Below are positions 25,934-39,651 of a DNA stretch of 64,000 bases, one piece after another. Origin of the DNA: Tubulanus polymorphus (Eukaryota; Animalia; Nemertea); the NCBI RefSeq assembly GCF_964204645.1, contig NC_134026.1, positions 8,021,950 through 8,085,949 on the forward strand, written 5' to 3'. A model generated the notes under the pieces. The model made no database searches. It saw only the letters and a program-made list of their open reading frames with translations, and was not told where the DNA came from. The position numbers and the translations under genes were made by a program. How positions within the stretch are numbered: the first letter of the stretch is position 1; every line of letters starts with the position of its first letter.

Positions 25934-28659
25934 TTTGAATGCGTCTCTCGAAGGTAACTACAAAATATAACACGTTTCACTAGTTTACCTTATACACATA
26001 TAGACGGCGCTACTAATAGTAGAATAGAATAATGAAAAATATTAGTCAAATCATAGAAACCTACACTTATGCCCCCTTCCCTATAAGCTAAACTAAACAC
26101 TCTCAACTCACAACTACCAGACTCCTTCCCCCAACAACACAACCCCCCCCCCCGTGTCAAACTCAGTGACATTTCACACAAGTGACTCACTAGATGTGAA
26201 GAAAGTCCTGATGACTCACTGGATGTGAAGGGAGTTCTTATGACTACCAACTACCTAGTACCTAGTGAAGAAACCCTTTGCAGTGACACTAGTATTGGTC
26301 GGTCTGTATCTGTCTATATGTCTGTGTCTCACTGTCTGTCCGTTTAAATCAATCTGTATAATTTGCCAGTCTATCAATCTATCTAAGTCTATCGATTTGT
26401 CAATCGTGTGTCTAATCCGTGTGTCTAATTCGTCTAATCTGTGTGTCTATCTGATGTAAGGCTTTCTTACCTTTTTAAACACAGATAAATGAGACGATGC
26501 TCTATTTTGTATTTGAGAGCTGATTTCCACAACATTACTCTGTAGAGGCACGAGATATACATATATAACACATCGATCAATATTAACCATTACAGGAGCA
26601 ATCACTGGCGAGTGAGCGAGAATTACTGACTGACACCATCACTGGCTGGCGAGTGAGGAAGGAGGATTACTGACTGATACCATCACTGGCGAGTGAGGGA
26701 GGGTGGAGGACTACTGACTGATACCATCACTGGCAAGTGAAGTAGGAGGATGATTGACTGACACTGTCACTGGTGGATGAGGGAATAAACAAAAATTTGA
26801 AGTACAGGTCTAACATTTAATCAATAGTTGAAACATGCAAAACATGTGTGGATTTAGTTGAAAAGGTCTGTTCCCGGGTATAGGGTAGGTGCCCCCCCCC
26901 TCTGTTCACACCTCACCCGCCAGGGTCCAATCAACACAAATACCCAGCATATAGGAAATAATTCACAGAAAAAACAACTACAGGCAAATCCTAACCCTAC
27001 AGGCAAACTCACTTAAAAGTCATTATGAAGAATTAAAACTTGAGTTTTGCAACTAAAAATGGAGATGACTTTTGAGTAATGCGACGACTTCAGAGAGAGT
27101 TTGACTGCTTGTATACAAATACATATATATATGACTGAATTAATGCACAGCGACAAAAAACAATACCACTTATCAATAATAGGTGGCGCTACACAAATAT
27201 CATAAGCAGGGCGACTGACTGCAATGTGAAAAGATTGAGAGAGCGGAGGCTGCTTGAATCTTTCCAGAAACACCACGCCACCTAGTGGACAACAACACCA
27301 AAAACACAACACCATACAACCTAGGGGTCAATATCAAAACTACCCATTCATAGCGATTTTTCTGGAAAGATTTTAATCAAAGCTTTTCTAAAAGCACAAG
27401 TTTTCAATCAACCAATCATTCAATCAATCAATCAAACAATCGAGTGATCAATCAATCAATTGGTCAATTAACTGGTCAATCAATTGATTGATCAATCAAT
27501 AAATCAACTGGTCAATAAATCTATCAATCGTCATGTGAACAGTGAACAATACAGAAATCACTGAAACTTTGTGGAATATAAGAGTGGAATAATATGCACA
27601 CAATACATGTCAGTGTCTGAGAGCGAGTGAGTGAGAGCTAGATTATTATTGATATAGAGGGCTCTGCCTGTCTGCCGCGCGCGTGCCCGCCTGCCTGTCG
27701 CCTGCTGTCTGTATCTCACTGTGCATAATTCACCACTATCTCTATACTCACCCAGTTTAATGAGTTCTGTATTGATTGTTGAATGACGTCCATTACGTCT
27801 GACTGAAGAAAATCAACACCAAACACCAAAACTATTAACAACTCATTATTCAGTTCAATCACAGTCTGAGATCAGATCACATCAGTATAGCATGGATGGA
27901 CAGAGGAGGTTCAAGGGGGAGGGAAGGATGGAGCCTGAAAATGCAGACATGCAGAGGGATATGTACTGGTACATACTCTACGAACTATCCCTTATTATCG
28001 TAAATTTTCCCTCCTTTGTCCATGAATTGATTTTTAAATGAATTTCATTTACAGCGAAAACATAAATCAATAGTGAAACACTACAGGGGGACATCTCACA
28101 GCCGCGGTACTCAAGGGCATTGTGGGGGACCATCACCAAACTTTCTGAAATTGACATCACCGAAAACTGAAATACAAACGGGTAAAGCTACACATAGCGC
28201 CACCTATTGTGAAATACGCCAGTTCCCGATCAGCCCCATGATATTTACAACAATCAAAATCAAACAGTTGATTAAATATGAATCAGTAAAATCTATAATT
28301 AATTAAAATCATTAATTCATTCAATGTCATGCTAGAAATTATTACATGATTTTCACTAAATAAAACTATTCAATCATTCAACCAGACATCTAGAGGTCTA
28401 CAACTATAAGAGTAAGAGGGAGACGGGTCACGGGATTGGAAGGGGGTCACTGAGTGACTCGGATAGGTCAACGCCCTGACAGTGACTAGTAAGAGGGAGG
28501 GAAGGTAGCTGTATTCCCATCAACATCCCAAAGAACTAGGACAATATAATCAGCCCGTTTAAACCATCGTGAAGCTTTTAGACTGATTTCACTAGGGAAC
28601 TAGTAGAACTATTAGACCTATGAGAAATAGAAGAGAGGGAGAGAATGGAAGAAAAGGTA

Positions 28660-28970
28660 CATGCTCCCCCGGCAGGGATTTGAGCCTGATGGCATCGAGA
28701 CTCGTTACATAGCATGAAGCCCTACCACACTAGACCGGATGCGCAGACACGGGCAGCTTAAATATCATATCATTAGCCAATCAGAAATTCTGATTTAGTT
28801 TAGCGCGAGTTTTTCTGTTGAAGGTTTATCCGCGAAATTCGCCGCCACGATTATATGAAACGGACCATCTGATTGGTGCCGCACGTTGCGCACCTAGTCT
28901 AGTGTGACAGGGTTTCGTACAGCGGCCGAGTCCAACAATTGCCAGCAGGTTCAAATCCCTGCTGCAGGAA
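28660..28970. repeat. Divergent pair of tRNA-derived (SINE-like) heads
   Basis: Plus copy tagtctagtgtgacaggg...ggttcaaatccctgc (~28894-28963) and minus copy ggtctagtgtggtaggg...ggctcaaatccctgc (~28671-28737), with A-box and B-box-like motifs. Confidence 0.5.
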
Positions 28971-31264
28971 GATGGGAGAGGAGGTATTTTTTTATGCCAT
29001 CCTGTAAATTCCCAACCGACACTAGACTAATTATAAATATGTATATATATACATATACATTTATATATATATATATATATATATATTTAAATCACGTTTG
29101 TTTGAAAACTAATCATAAAAAATCAACAGTGAAAAATGAAGAATAAAAACACATGAATATTAGAGATTGAATTACAGCTGAATACTATGCAGCTAGCGCA
29201 GTAGCTGGCACTCAATACAGCTACCGCAATAGCTGCTGCGTGAATAGCTGCTGTTCTATACCTTAGCTTTCACTTTCTCCATTAAAGCGCGATTTTTATT
29301 TTATAAATTAATCTGAAATGGACAAAAATTTACTACAAATTCAATTCATGAATATCATAACTCACTTACCAGGGCTCGACCGGCCTGGAGACCCTGGTTA
29401 GAGATAGATACTCTAGTGCAGGCAAACGTCACCAAAATGGCCGTAATTATTTCAGAAAGTTTAGTGATGATCTTCTTACATGTTTACACGAAACCAAACT
29501 GTTCTAGAGAATGAGGGCCCCTACAACAGTGAAAGGAGTGTCTCGTGCTGGCCTGTCGTCTGTCTGGCTAAGATAGTGATACTGATAGAGGTGTTATACT
29601 GAATTAAATAGCATTAATAGCGATAGATTCATTAAAGGCAGTAGCAAAATAAAAGCAAGAATGAGATAGACGAGTACAGAGAGAGGGGAGCTGCTCTGAG
29701 GGGAGGGGAAACAACTGGTATGGATTGGAAGCAGCAGATTCAACAGAGAATCCATCCTGGCTTTTTTTAGATTGCAACGGCAATAAAAACGCATCAATAC
29801 ATTCCTGCCTCGGCACATTGCTTGCAATTCCTACGACAAACAATCACCAGCAATTCCTGCTACAATCAATCGCTAGCAATTCCTGCCACAATCTGAGCGA
29901 TATTAACAGGAATTCAGTTACGTTAAACATAAACCCGGAAATGAATTAGGCGACAATTTATTACTAGAATGGAAGGATTCTGTATATTTGAGTTGTTTCT
30001 ACGCATCGAAATTCAACATACATAACCTACGTGAATATACAAATTACATCTGATATTCTTACCTGAAAACAATGAAGGATTAATCGGATGTCAGACGATT
30101 ATTTAAAGGCAAAACAAAAAATGTCTACTGTCAAAATTTATACGCCCCAAGATGGCGGATAATGAGATGTTTTTCCGGCCGGAGTTTTAATAATAAACAT
30201 AGTCAGGAATGAATTGAAATATTACAAATCTGACTATTAGAATGCGATAGTTATCAAATATTTATATAATCTGAGTTAATGTTTTCGCCAAACATCTTGA
30301 GTGGATTTATACTGATATATAAATATAATCTGGCTGGACAAAATGAACTTGGATCATGTTTTATGTAGAGGGCGGGACTATACGGTAAATTTTTTTCCGG
30401 TAGGAGCGGTGAAACATCGTTGAATATTTTTAAAGCCGCAATGAATTTGATTTCTCATAATGTAGGCACCGTTATTATTCAGTTTTCATGTAGTGTTTTT
30501 TTCTAAATATCCTTTTTGTTCACTGGGTCATTCGTTAGTTTGCACCCCTTTAAAGTATTAAAATCATTGGAGTGCCTGGCTCTACCAGTCGCTTTAAAAC
30601 ACTCCTAACAACATCACGAAACGCTGCCGTGTATGAAATGAATTCAACCAAAGAATAAGAAATTGACATTTTCGATAAATGTTTATTTATAAATATGTTT
30701 TTGTCGCATCGAATATAAAACGATAGTGCATTTCAAGCTGTTTTTCAGACAACAAGAAAATCTCAAATTATCACAAATTTTTGATTCTAAACAACAAACA
30801 CCCCACAAAACATTTTTAAACGTTTTTGAGTAATTACAAGTTAAATTTGATTAAAATTTAAAAAATTAAAACAATAATTCTCCACGAATAACATCTCTTA
30901 ACCCTGACATTGATTATTACCCTTATTAGATTCAACTATTTTGGAATAATGATTGAAACTGAATTTTCAAGACATATTAATTTCAACTGAAAATAGATTT
31001 AAATCATGTGCTAGCACCAGGAAATACTGATTACATCAGTGTAATAAATCTCTATCAAAATGTTTATATTTTGACATAAATTCAACACAATATTGACATT
31101 ATTTACAATATTTACATGTTATAAAATGGAACATTTTTCTTAAAGTAAAATTGTATACAATAAACCATCAAAAACAGTTTAATAAAAATCTCATCATTCA
31201 TTTATGTGTGGAAACATTTTCTGGCATTATGCAAATTACTGAGTATTCAAAAACGTTATTTATT

Positions 31265-34200
31265 TTATTGTACAATAAAATCTTTGTAGCCTTTCAATTG
31301 TTTGAGTTGTTTTTTGAGTAATTTTATAAAGTCTTTTGGTTGAACCATTAGTGATATATCACGTCCTACAGCATTCAATCGATATTCTATCTGTTTAAAT
31401 AAAAAGAAATATATAATTTATGATTTTAACAGTGTAAAATTTTTTTAAGAGTTTTGTAGACTGGTATCAACTTTAACGCAGGGGTATTCATTTTCAGTTG
31501 ACTTAGCCCCTTGGGTTAAAGTAAATACCAGTCTATAAAATCGGGCCATGGATAATAACTAATACATGTACATTTACAGTAAAACTGTAAATGCAGCCTT
31601 ACTCAGACATGGTCAACTCGAAATCAGTTTCTTGGTTCCAGAAACATATTTTCCTGTCCTTAAACTCTGATCAACTTTGACGGTTCTGAGATATCTGATT
31701 GTCTGAGTTAAAGCGGGATAAAAATTAGAATCGGCTACAAGCCTTTTTTCTCGTTAATTTCAATTTCTAAAATTCGGATTTCATTAATCGTAGATTTCAC
31801 TGATTCTTACCTCATTATCTTTGAAGAATAAATTCAAAGGTCGATTATTGATTTCAGTGATCACCCAATTACACAAATCACTCCCATCAATAGTCTGAGC
31901 TTTAGCAGATAATCCGTGTTTAGCCGCTAATCCAGCCAGATTAACAAATCCAATCTGTAAACATAACATAACATAAATGTTCTTATATAGGGTATAATAT
32001 AACACTAATTAGATATCCCATTCAAAATAAGATGTCAATTATTACTACGGTTACGAGCAGACGTACCTCGGCAGTTCCACCTTCTCGTTTGAATCCTAGA
32101 TGTTCTCCTTCGGCCGAGCGTTTAATAGCGAATACTTTAGCGTGCGGAGTTCGTTTAACGATGAATTCCACTTTAACGTCGTCCCGCGACGAGTCCAAAA
32201 CTCGCGGAATATCTTTAGAACGCGTTACCTGAAAACCATTGACGGAGACGATCTGATCGCCGATGTGGAACGCACTGTGGAGGAACGGACGAGCTTTCTG
32301 ATTCCAACCGGCAATCCTACAATCAAAATCCCACAACTCTACAATCATATACACTACCAAAAATTCATAATTGAGTAGTCTTTATGAATTTTTGATATAT
32401 TACTAATCGGTGATAATGTGAAATGTAGGTCTTCACTTACCAGACCGCATCTAATATTTCAATCAATGCTAATGTATGATGACAGTCTTTTTTACGTAAT
32501 GATACTCTCACGCCACCTGGATGTGATATTTCTTGTTTTAACTGATAAACCTCTCTCTCTTTTAACGTCATTGAGCCCATTTTCTCGGTAAGCGCCCCTC
32601 TCGAATTCTGCCTCTGCATCCCGGCGCTACTACTACTCCCCCTATTGTCCGACGTCATCTCATTTGATTTAGATTTAGCGAACTCTAGAATCGCGTCGTG
32701 CGTAAGATTCTTATTGGCTCCTATCGCCGTCGCCATGACGTTTTTCATCGCTTCCGGATCGAATGTACTAGCCGCAGGAAGTGGATCGCAGCTCGGATCT
32801 ACCGGTAACCCGGAGGACGGTACTAATTTATAAGTGTCGTATCCGGGGTTTTCTAAATCTGACTGGAACGGGTCAGGTGACCTCGGGGAACCAAGCGACG
32901 GTTTTCTATAAGCAGGTAACGAGTTGCTAGGTAATGATAGCGGGTCAGGTGACCTAGGCGACCCGAGCGATGGTTTTCTGTAGCCGGGTAATGGGAAGAA
33001 TGGGTCAGGCGACCTAGGTGAATCAACGGAACCACGTGTTCGTCTGTTGGCCGGTACCGGAGGTGGATTGTTGATCAGTTTGATCGGACGAGAGTTGTTT
33101 CTGCGTAACTGGTGAGGATCTGATTGAGTGGTTGAATTACCGTTTGTCCGGTGCCACACCGCTCCGTACGTGTCGCCCTCGATATCACCACCAGGTGGAG
33201 CTGCTGGCGGGGGTATAGCAGGTGCTCTCTCAGACGGAGGAGTGAAAGGACTCTCATATTCATCAAAATCTATCAGATTCTCATTCATCATATTGCCACT
33301 AGGCGGCGCTGATAGTGGTGATCTGAGTTGTGTGTGATTGCCAATAGAGGGTGTTGTAAATTCTAGGGGGTTCAAAGGCAATGGTGTGCGAGGGTGTAGG
33401 TCGAGGGGAGTTGGGGGTAAGGGGGAGCGAGGATCTCTTATTGGTATTTTTTTCCCAGACTCATCAATATCGAATTCAACCATTACTTGGAGAGGTCTCT
33501 TACCTCCTTCATCATCCGGTTCATATTCTAATACACCTATACCTCCCTCAATGCCCTCCTGATCTCCCTCAACGCCTTCACGACCTCTCTCTACCTCGCC
33601 CTGACCTCCATCAACGTTCTGACCTCCTACATTTTCAGTCTCATCGAACTGAAATTTACTTTTCTCCATTGATTTCATTGCAGTAAAATCATCTGTAGTC
33701 GGTAGATGAACCTCTAATCCTGGTTTATCCCCCGCCCTGGCCCCACACTGCTGTTTATCTATTGACTGTTGTTTGGTGAAACATTGACTTCGTTTCGGGT
33801 GTTCATCATATAGATTATCTTTACCCTGAAAAATGCAGATCAATGATTGGTTCATTAAAAACCCCTGCAGTAACGATCCTCCTTCCCCTCCCCTCCCTGC
33901 AGTAACACCCTCCTCCTTACCCCTCCCTACTGTAACACCCCCTGCCTTCCTCCCCTCCCCTCATTTACATCCTCCACCTCCCCTTCCCTCCCTACAGTAA
34001 CACGCCCTCCCCTCCCCTCCCCTCCCTGCAGTTACATCCTCCTCCCTCCAAGAACACGCCCTCCTTCCCTCTTCCTGCAGTGTCACCCCATTCCCTCCCC
34101 ATCCCTCCTCGCCTCCTCCCTCCCCTCCCTGCTCCCCCTGTCAAACTGCAGTTCACACTTACATGTAAGATTCCTAGTTTAGTGAGGTTTGATTGAAGAC

Positions 34201-35096
34201 ATTCGATCCACGCGTGCATCTCACCTCTATAATAAACAATATACATCAATCTTGAATACCTCGAGTACCTGATTATGAATACCCCTAATAATTCATTATG
34301 AATAATTCTAGTCATATTTCAAAACTTGGAAATGTCATTTTGAGATATCTGGGTACTGTGGGAGCTTAAAGAGTGATACTTTACCGTGGGCGCTTAACCC
34401 TTTCAGTGCTGGCTAATCAATGCCCTATAGTGATGAAGATAATTTGAAAATTCTGAAAAATTCCACCCTAGTGTGTTGAATAATGGGAATAGCACTATAA
34501 ACTTTAAGTGCGTCTACACCCTGGCGCGGTATATCGTTAGTTACTAATATTTCACTGTTTGACAGGTGCTGCCATCTTTCAAGAGAGATGATCAGTAATT
34601 ACTAATTAAATCAATACACCGCACTGTGGTGTACTACCAAAATCCATCACTGATTCGTACACAGCACTGAAAGGGTTAACGGAGTGGTAACTTACAGAGT
34701 AGTAACTTACAGAGTGGGAGCGACAAGATTGAGAACACGATCCATCATTCCTATGGTGAATGTATTATCATACTTCTGTTCCATTACATTCACCGTTACA
34801 AACTGACACGTTCCCAGCCAGATGGTGTTTATAGGTGGCGCTTTACCCGGTCCCGCTTCGGTCTCGTAATATTCCAGAAATACGCTTCCGGTCATCGTTC
34901 CAAATACAAACCATCTTTTATCCCATTTCTATTAAAAAAAAACGACATTTATTATTACTTTTCAAGACATTAATCACAAGTCTATTAACATGGAATTGAA
35001 ACTCACTTTAAAAGATGCTGCAAATTTTCCAGCTTTCGGCGCTTTTTTCAAGTAGCCTTGTTTATAAATAATCCGATTACCTTCACATAAATTCAT
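31265..35096 (-). CDS. PH-domain / PDZ-like adaptor protein with proline-rich linker (multi-exon)
   Basis: N-terminal PH (IIYKQGYLKKAP...KWDKRWFVF...LEYYE...LNLVAPT..EMHAWIECLQ), a large low-complexity exon (32437-33826) and C-terminal PDZ-like segments (FHIGDQIVSVNG, GLAAKHGL, VITEINNRPL), ending KGYKDFIVQ*. The true start may lie further upstream. Confidence 0.8.
34398..34675. mobile_element. piggyBac-like MITE
   Basis: TTAA|ccctttcagtgctg...cagcactgaaaggg|TTAA: 14-bp perfect TIR with TTAA TSD. Confidence 0.88.
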
Positions 35097-35781
35097 CTTC
35101 CCTGAATGAAAATTAATCAGAAATTCAGTTTTTCAGTAAGGGGGAGGAGGGAAGGGGCAGTACTCTAGTCGTCGCTCTATGATGGTCCTCCATTCATCCC
35201 ATGTAGTAATCACCATTTTACTGCACTCAATTTCAACCTTTTTAGCTAGTTTCGATTCAATTAAGTTAAAAGTGTTTTTTAATTGTTGACAATTAAGCTA
35301 AGGTTCAAATGTCAAAATTTGATCGTCGAGAGCTGGTCACCCACCTTCACTCTAGGGCTAGCGTGCAATAACCCTAGGGTAAATACATATGCACTCACCT
35401 CAGGGTAAGCCCATTGGTCAAGACAAGTGGTCACCAAGGTTGAACTCATGGCGTCAAAAACCCCCATCCAAAATCTCTGGCTCCACAAAAAATCTGAATC
35501 ACACCACCTCGACAGAACGGAGGGTTAGGGTAAGAGACTATCCAAAAGGTCACGTGAGCAATTATAGAGTACAATTGGAGGCAATCGGATTCTCTGATTT
35601 GATAAAAGAGTAAGCCTCAATACATTAGAATGAGAATGATCTAACTTTAGGGTAAGCGTTAACAGCACATTCTCTGTGGTTGAATGGACTATAAACCCTA
35701 AATTCATCGGTCTAGAGTTGGTCACCGGATATAAATAAACAACATAACTGACGGTGGTCAGTGCCTAAATCAAACCCACGC

Positions 35782-36030
35782 AACTGTGGAAGTGGATCCA
35801 TAGTCAAATTAAACTCATATAACTGTGGAACTGGATCCACAGTCAATTTAAACTCATATATCTGTGGAAGCGGATCCACAGTCAATTTAAACTCATATAT
35901 CTGTGGAAGCGGATCCACAGTCAATTTAAACTCATATATCTGAGGAAGCGGATCCACAGTCAATTTAAACTCACAGAGCTGTGGAACTGGATTCAGTAGA
36001 ACTGAGTAAAATTGAACCCATGGAACTGAG
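35782..36030. repeat. 39-bp tandem repeat of a dispersed aactgtggaactggatcc family
   Basis: Unit aactcatatatctgtggaagcggatccacagtcaattta; related motifs at ~12090-12420, 62440-62520 and 63370-63510. Confidence 0.85.
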
Positions 36031-39000
36031 TCCATGGAACACAGTAAAATCAAACCAAGAAAAAATAGAAAATCTCCCTAAAACCTTACCCGAAAAGATG
36101 AACTGATTTTCATTCATAGAGTAAATAAAGCTTAACCTCAGCTGTAATTGCAGATAGCTGCAGCAGTTTTACCCTGAACCTGAACTAGACAAAGCAGCAA
36201 CTAACACTGCTAGCACTCCCAAACTAAACTTAAAGTCCCTGTTTACTTCAAAACTACAGGAAACTTTCATTAACACTTAATAAGTGAATTCTATATTAAT
36301 CATTTTGTAATTAGCGACTTATAGGCCCTATAGCACAAATAATTAACATCAAATCTATTTCGTAACAAAACGATATTTGAAAATCAAAAACAGAACAAGT
36401 TTTTAACAAAAACATTAGAAGAAATAGAATAAATATATTTGACCTGAATATTCTAAACAAGTCGGAAGAGAATTGTACATGATATAGCTAGCGCAGTACA
36501 GGAAACTCGTAGGCCTATTGAATTCATTCATTCTGACAAAATCACATATATTCATATTGAATAGAAGATAGATGAAGCCCTGAGGCTATAGATCAATGAG
36601 ACAGTAGTCAGCGGAGGTGAAACTAACTGTAACTATACCTAGTGAATTCCTGGAGCTCAATCAATACACTATAAATCATCTGAGTATAGAGAAAGTTGAC
36701 ATTTCTGAAATAAAAACAACTGAATTACTTTTTCAAACCCTTTTCACACAAGGAATACAGATTTTCAGCCCTACGCATTTTTGAAGTTAGATCAACTGGT
36801 GGCTGGTTAGTCACTAGTGACTAGGGTAGGATGAGGTCCACTGGCTGGGGCGAGTATAGAGCTGCAGAGGTCCTAATATTAGTATTTTATGACTGCATGA
36901 TGGGACACCAAATGTAATGTACAATAGAAAATTACTTAAACTAAAATGGGGTCTTCTATCCAGCCCTGGGGCCTGTTTGGACCTAATTCAGTGGTTGGGG
37001 GTCACTCAGTGGTTCCGTCGGTCAGCCATGCCCATCATGTCATGTCTTGCTTGTCATGACCATGTTGTCAGTCAGCCAATCCTGAAACTACTTCCTGGGC
37101 GGGCAGTAAATGAATGTAGTATTGAACTAACATTAGACGACTTAACTTTATTTTGTAACAACCTACTCAGAAGAACAAACAGATCCGATGACTAATGAAT
37201 CAGAAACAGATATAGAAACAGAATCAATTAATTTCATTTGAATTGTTTTGATTTTGGAGCGAAATTGAAACGAATCGGGAAAAAGCCTTTCAAATACGTC
37301 AATTTACCCTTAAATATCAGCCTCCACTTACATGGATAAGTCGATAGATAAATTTATCCACTGTCAGTGACGCTTTAACCAAATAATCCCAATAATTAAC
37401 GAAGAAGTATTCATTTCCTGGTTGAACTATGTATCGAAATGAACCGATGATGACACGTAGTACGTACGTTGGCCTACTCTTCCAGAGAGAGATCATAAAA
37501 GGATATAGAATGAACGAAATCATTCCCATAAATTTCAATCGTATTCTAAATCAGAGTTTTGGGAAACCTGAAATTGAAAAATAACGATAGAATATTGGGA
37601 TTCGAACCCACTCTGACTGTAGTACAGTACCGACACCTATTAAACTCAGAATTAACTACAAATACAGCTCGCTTCTGTGCGATGATTTATATCGACTTTA
37701 CCTATATTGAAGTATATCGTTCATAAAGAGATGGAGAAAGAAGTTGCCGTCTGGTTTTAGGGCTCTATGCTCCGAATCACGTTATTAGAAATAAGCAAAC
37801 GAAACAGGTAAGACTGAGGAGTGTGAGTGATGCTGCCGCGGGGAAGGAACTGAAAACGGTATCAACACTTTGACTATGTCTATATATAATTTTATAAAGC
37901 TGAAGCCTGATGACGTTTCTCTTCCTCTTCCTGGTTCCACTGTTCCAGTGTTTCGTAGTTTTTGTTACCTCCTATCGTTCGTGGTAAGCTTTCATAATCG
38001 GATGGTTTTGTTAACCAATGTGGTTTGTACTGACATTTAAACTGGATACTTCTGTCAAACTGTCAGCAGATGTTGATGTCGCCAGATCAGTAGTGGTCAT
38101 CATATATGTGTCTAATGAAGCAATATATTTAGGCAGTTGATATTTTGCCAATGCGGCATTATTCCAATGGCTCATTCTGATTGGCCAATAGACGCGAACA
38201 TTTTTCAAGATCAAGGATAATGGAATGGAGTCCAACGGAGTTGGAGAAAATAGAGGCATAGAGCGGGATTTGAACCTGGACCAGCATATTGCTAGCTTAA
38301 TGTCTGTCTACTAGACCACCACAGTTCTTACAATCCGGCCATAAGTTATCACTAAATAAAGCATTCAACCATACCCTAACCTTCTCTCCGTAGTAAAACG
38401 GACCCTCTAGACCCTAACCATATCGAAACCCTGACCCTAAACCTGATATAATGATTTTATTGTTTTGTTTTATAAGTAAATAGCCATTGGCAAAATAGTG
38501 TTTACACGAATAATGCCGCATTGGCAAAATATCCACTTCCATATATCTATTATTGTTACTTTTCAAGCATCTACAAACTTTCGAGTTAACTTTCTAGCAT
38601 TGATTATTATCCATTTTCATTATTATTATTACCTCTCGTAAATAGTTCAATCAAAACTGACTATAGAGATCACTATTAGGGCGATTCGCCCTGTGTTGTA
38701 CAGGACACTTATATCACATTCTCAGCTAAAAGAACTACAAGGCATCCTTTAATTTCAATGTGTTTTGTTACTTTGGTACTTAGGGAGGTTGTCAATCATC
38801 AGGCAGCGAAAAGATTCTGATAGGCCTATCATACATACAAGAAAAAATATAGCCATCCAAAAATAGTATTACCGACTCAAAATGTCATTAGGAATTCAGT
38901 GCAATGGTTTATTTTGATAATATATCCACTAGAAAGTAGCTTTTTGGCCCAGTTTTTGTCTTGAGATTGTGATGATTTTTGAACCGCACACCATATTTGA

Positions 39001-39651
39001 TTGGTGAATCTAAAGTGGAGATTTATAAAAAATATTCGCTGAAATGATGTTACGTGATCCACTGAATTTGAAAAATGAAAATCAAACTTTCTCATCAATT
39101 CTAACTATAATATCGGACTCTGGATGGCATCGTAACTCAAGTGACAGTTGACAAAAATGTAATAAACATAATTGCACTGATTATCCTAACATCGTTTCAG
39201 TAAGTATTTGTGGTGAGTTTGCTTTAGAATAACGAAATCCAATATGGTATCCAGTGCAAAAATTGTGACGATCTTGAGACGGAAACCGGATCAAAATTCT
39301 ACTTCCTAGCGGAGATATCATAAAATGAATCGCTGCATTGAATTCATAGAGACGTTTTGAGTCTGGCTTGGCAGCGATTTGTAATTACATAGATTGCGAC
39401 ATTCAATAGAGGTCTTGCACTTTTATCTGCACTTTTACCTTTACATTGGCTGTAGGAACCTTACTGGAAGAGGCCTCTCTTCCTGATTCTGCAATTCACT
39501 ATTGAATACAATTGTTTTAACAATTTCAAGAGCTGTGAGGAGTTTAAAGAAGCTCTGAGGAGTTTAAAGGAGCTGTGAGGTGTTTAAAGGAGCAGCGGTG
39601 AGGAGTTTAAAGGGGCAGTGGTGAGCCGCTACTGTCAGATTGGTATTAAAG

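Noticed and set aside
30140-30190. YY1-like caagatggcgg suggesting a plus-strand gene
   Set aside because: No supportable plus-strand coding exons follow; it may belong to the beta-adaptin promoter, but the start site cannot be placed from sequence alone.
38260-38322. tRNA-like sequence on the minus strand (also ~37598, ~58915-59195, 62104)
   Set aside because: A/B-box remnants without a foldable cloverleaf; more consistent with SINE heads than tRNA genes.
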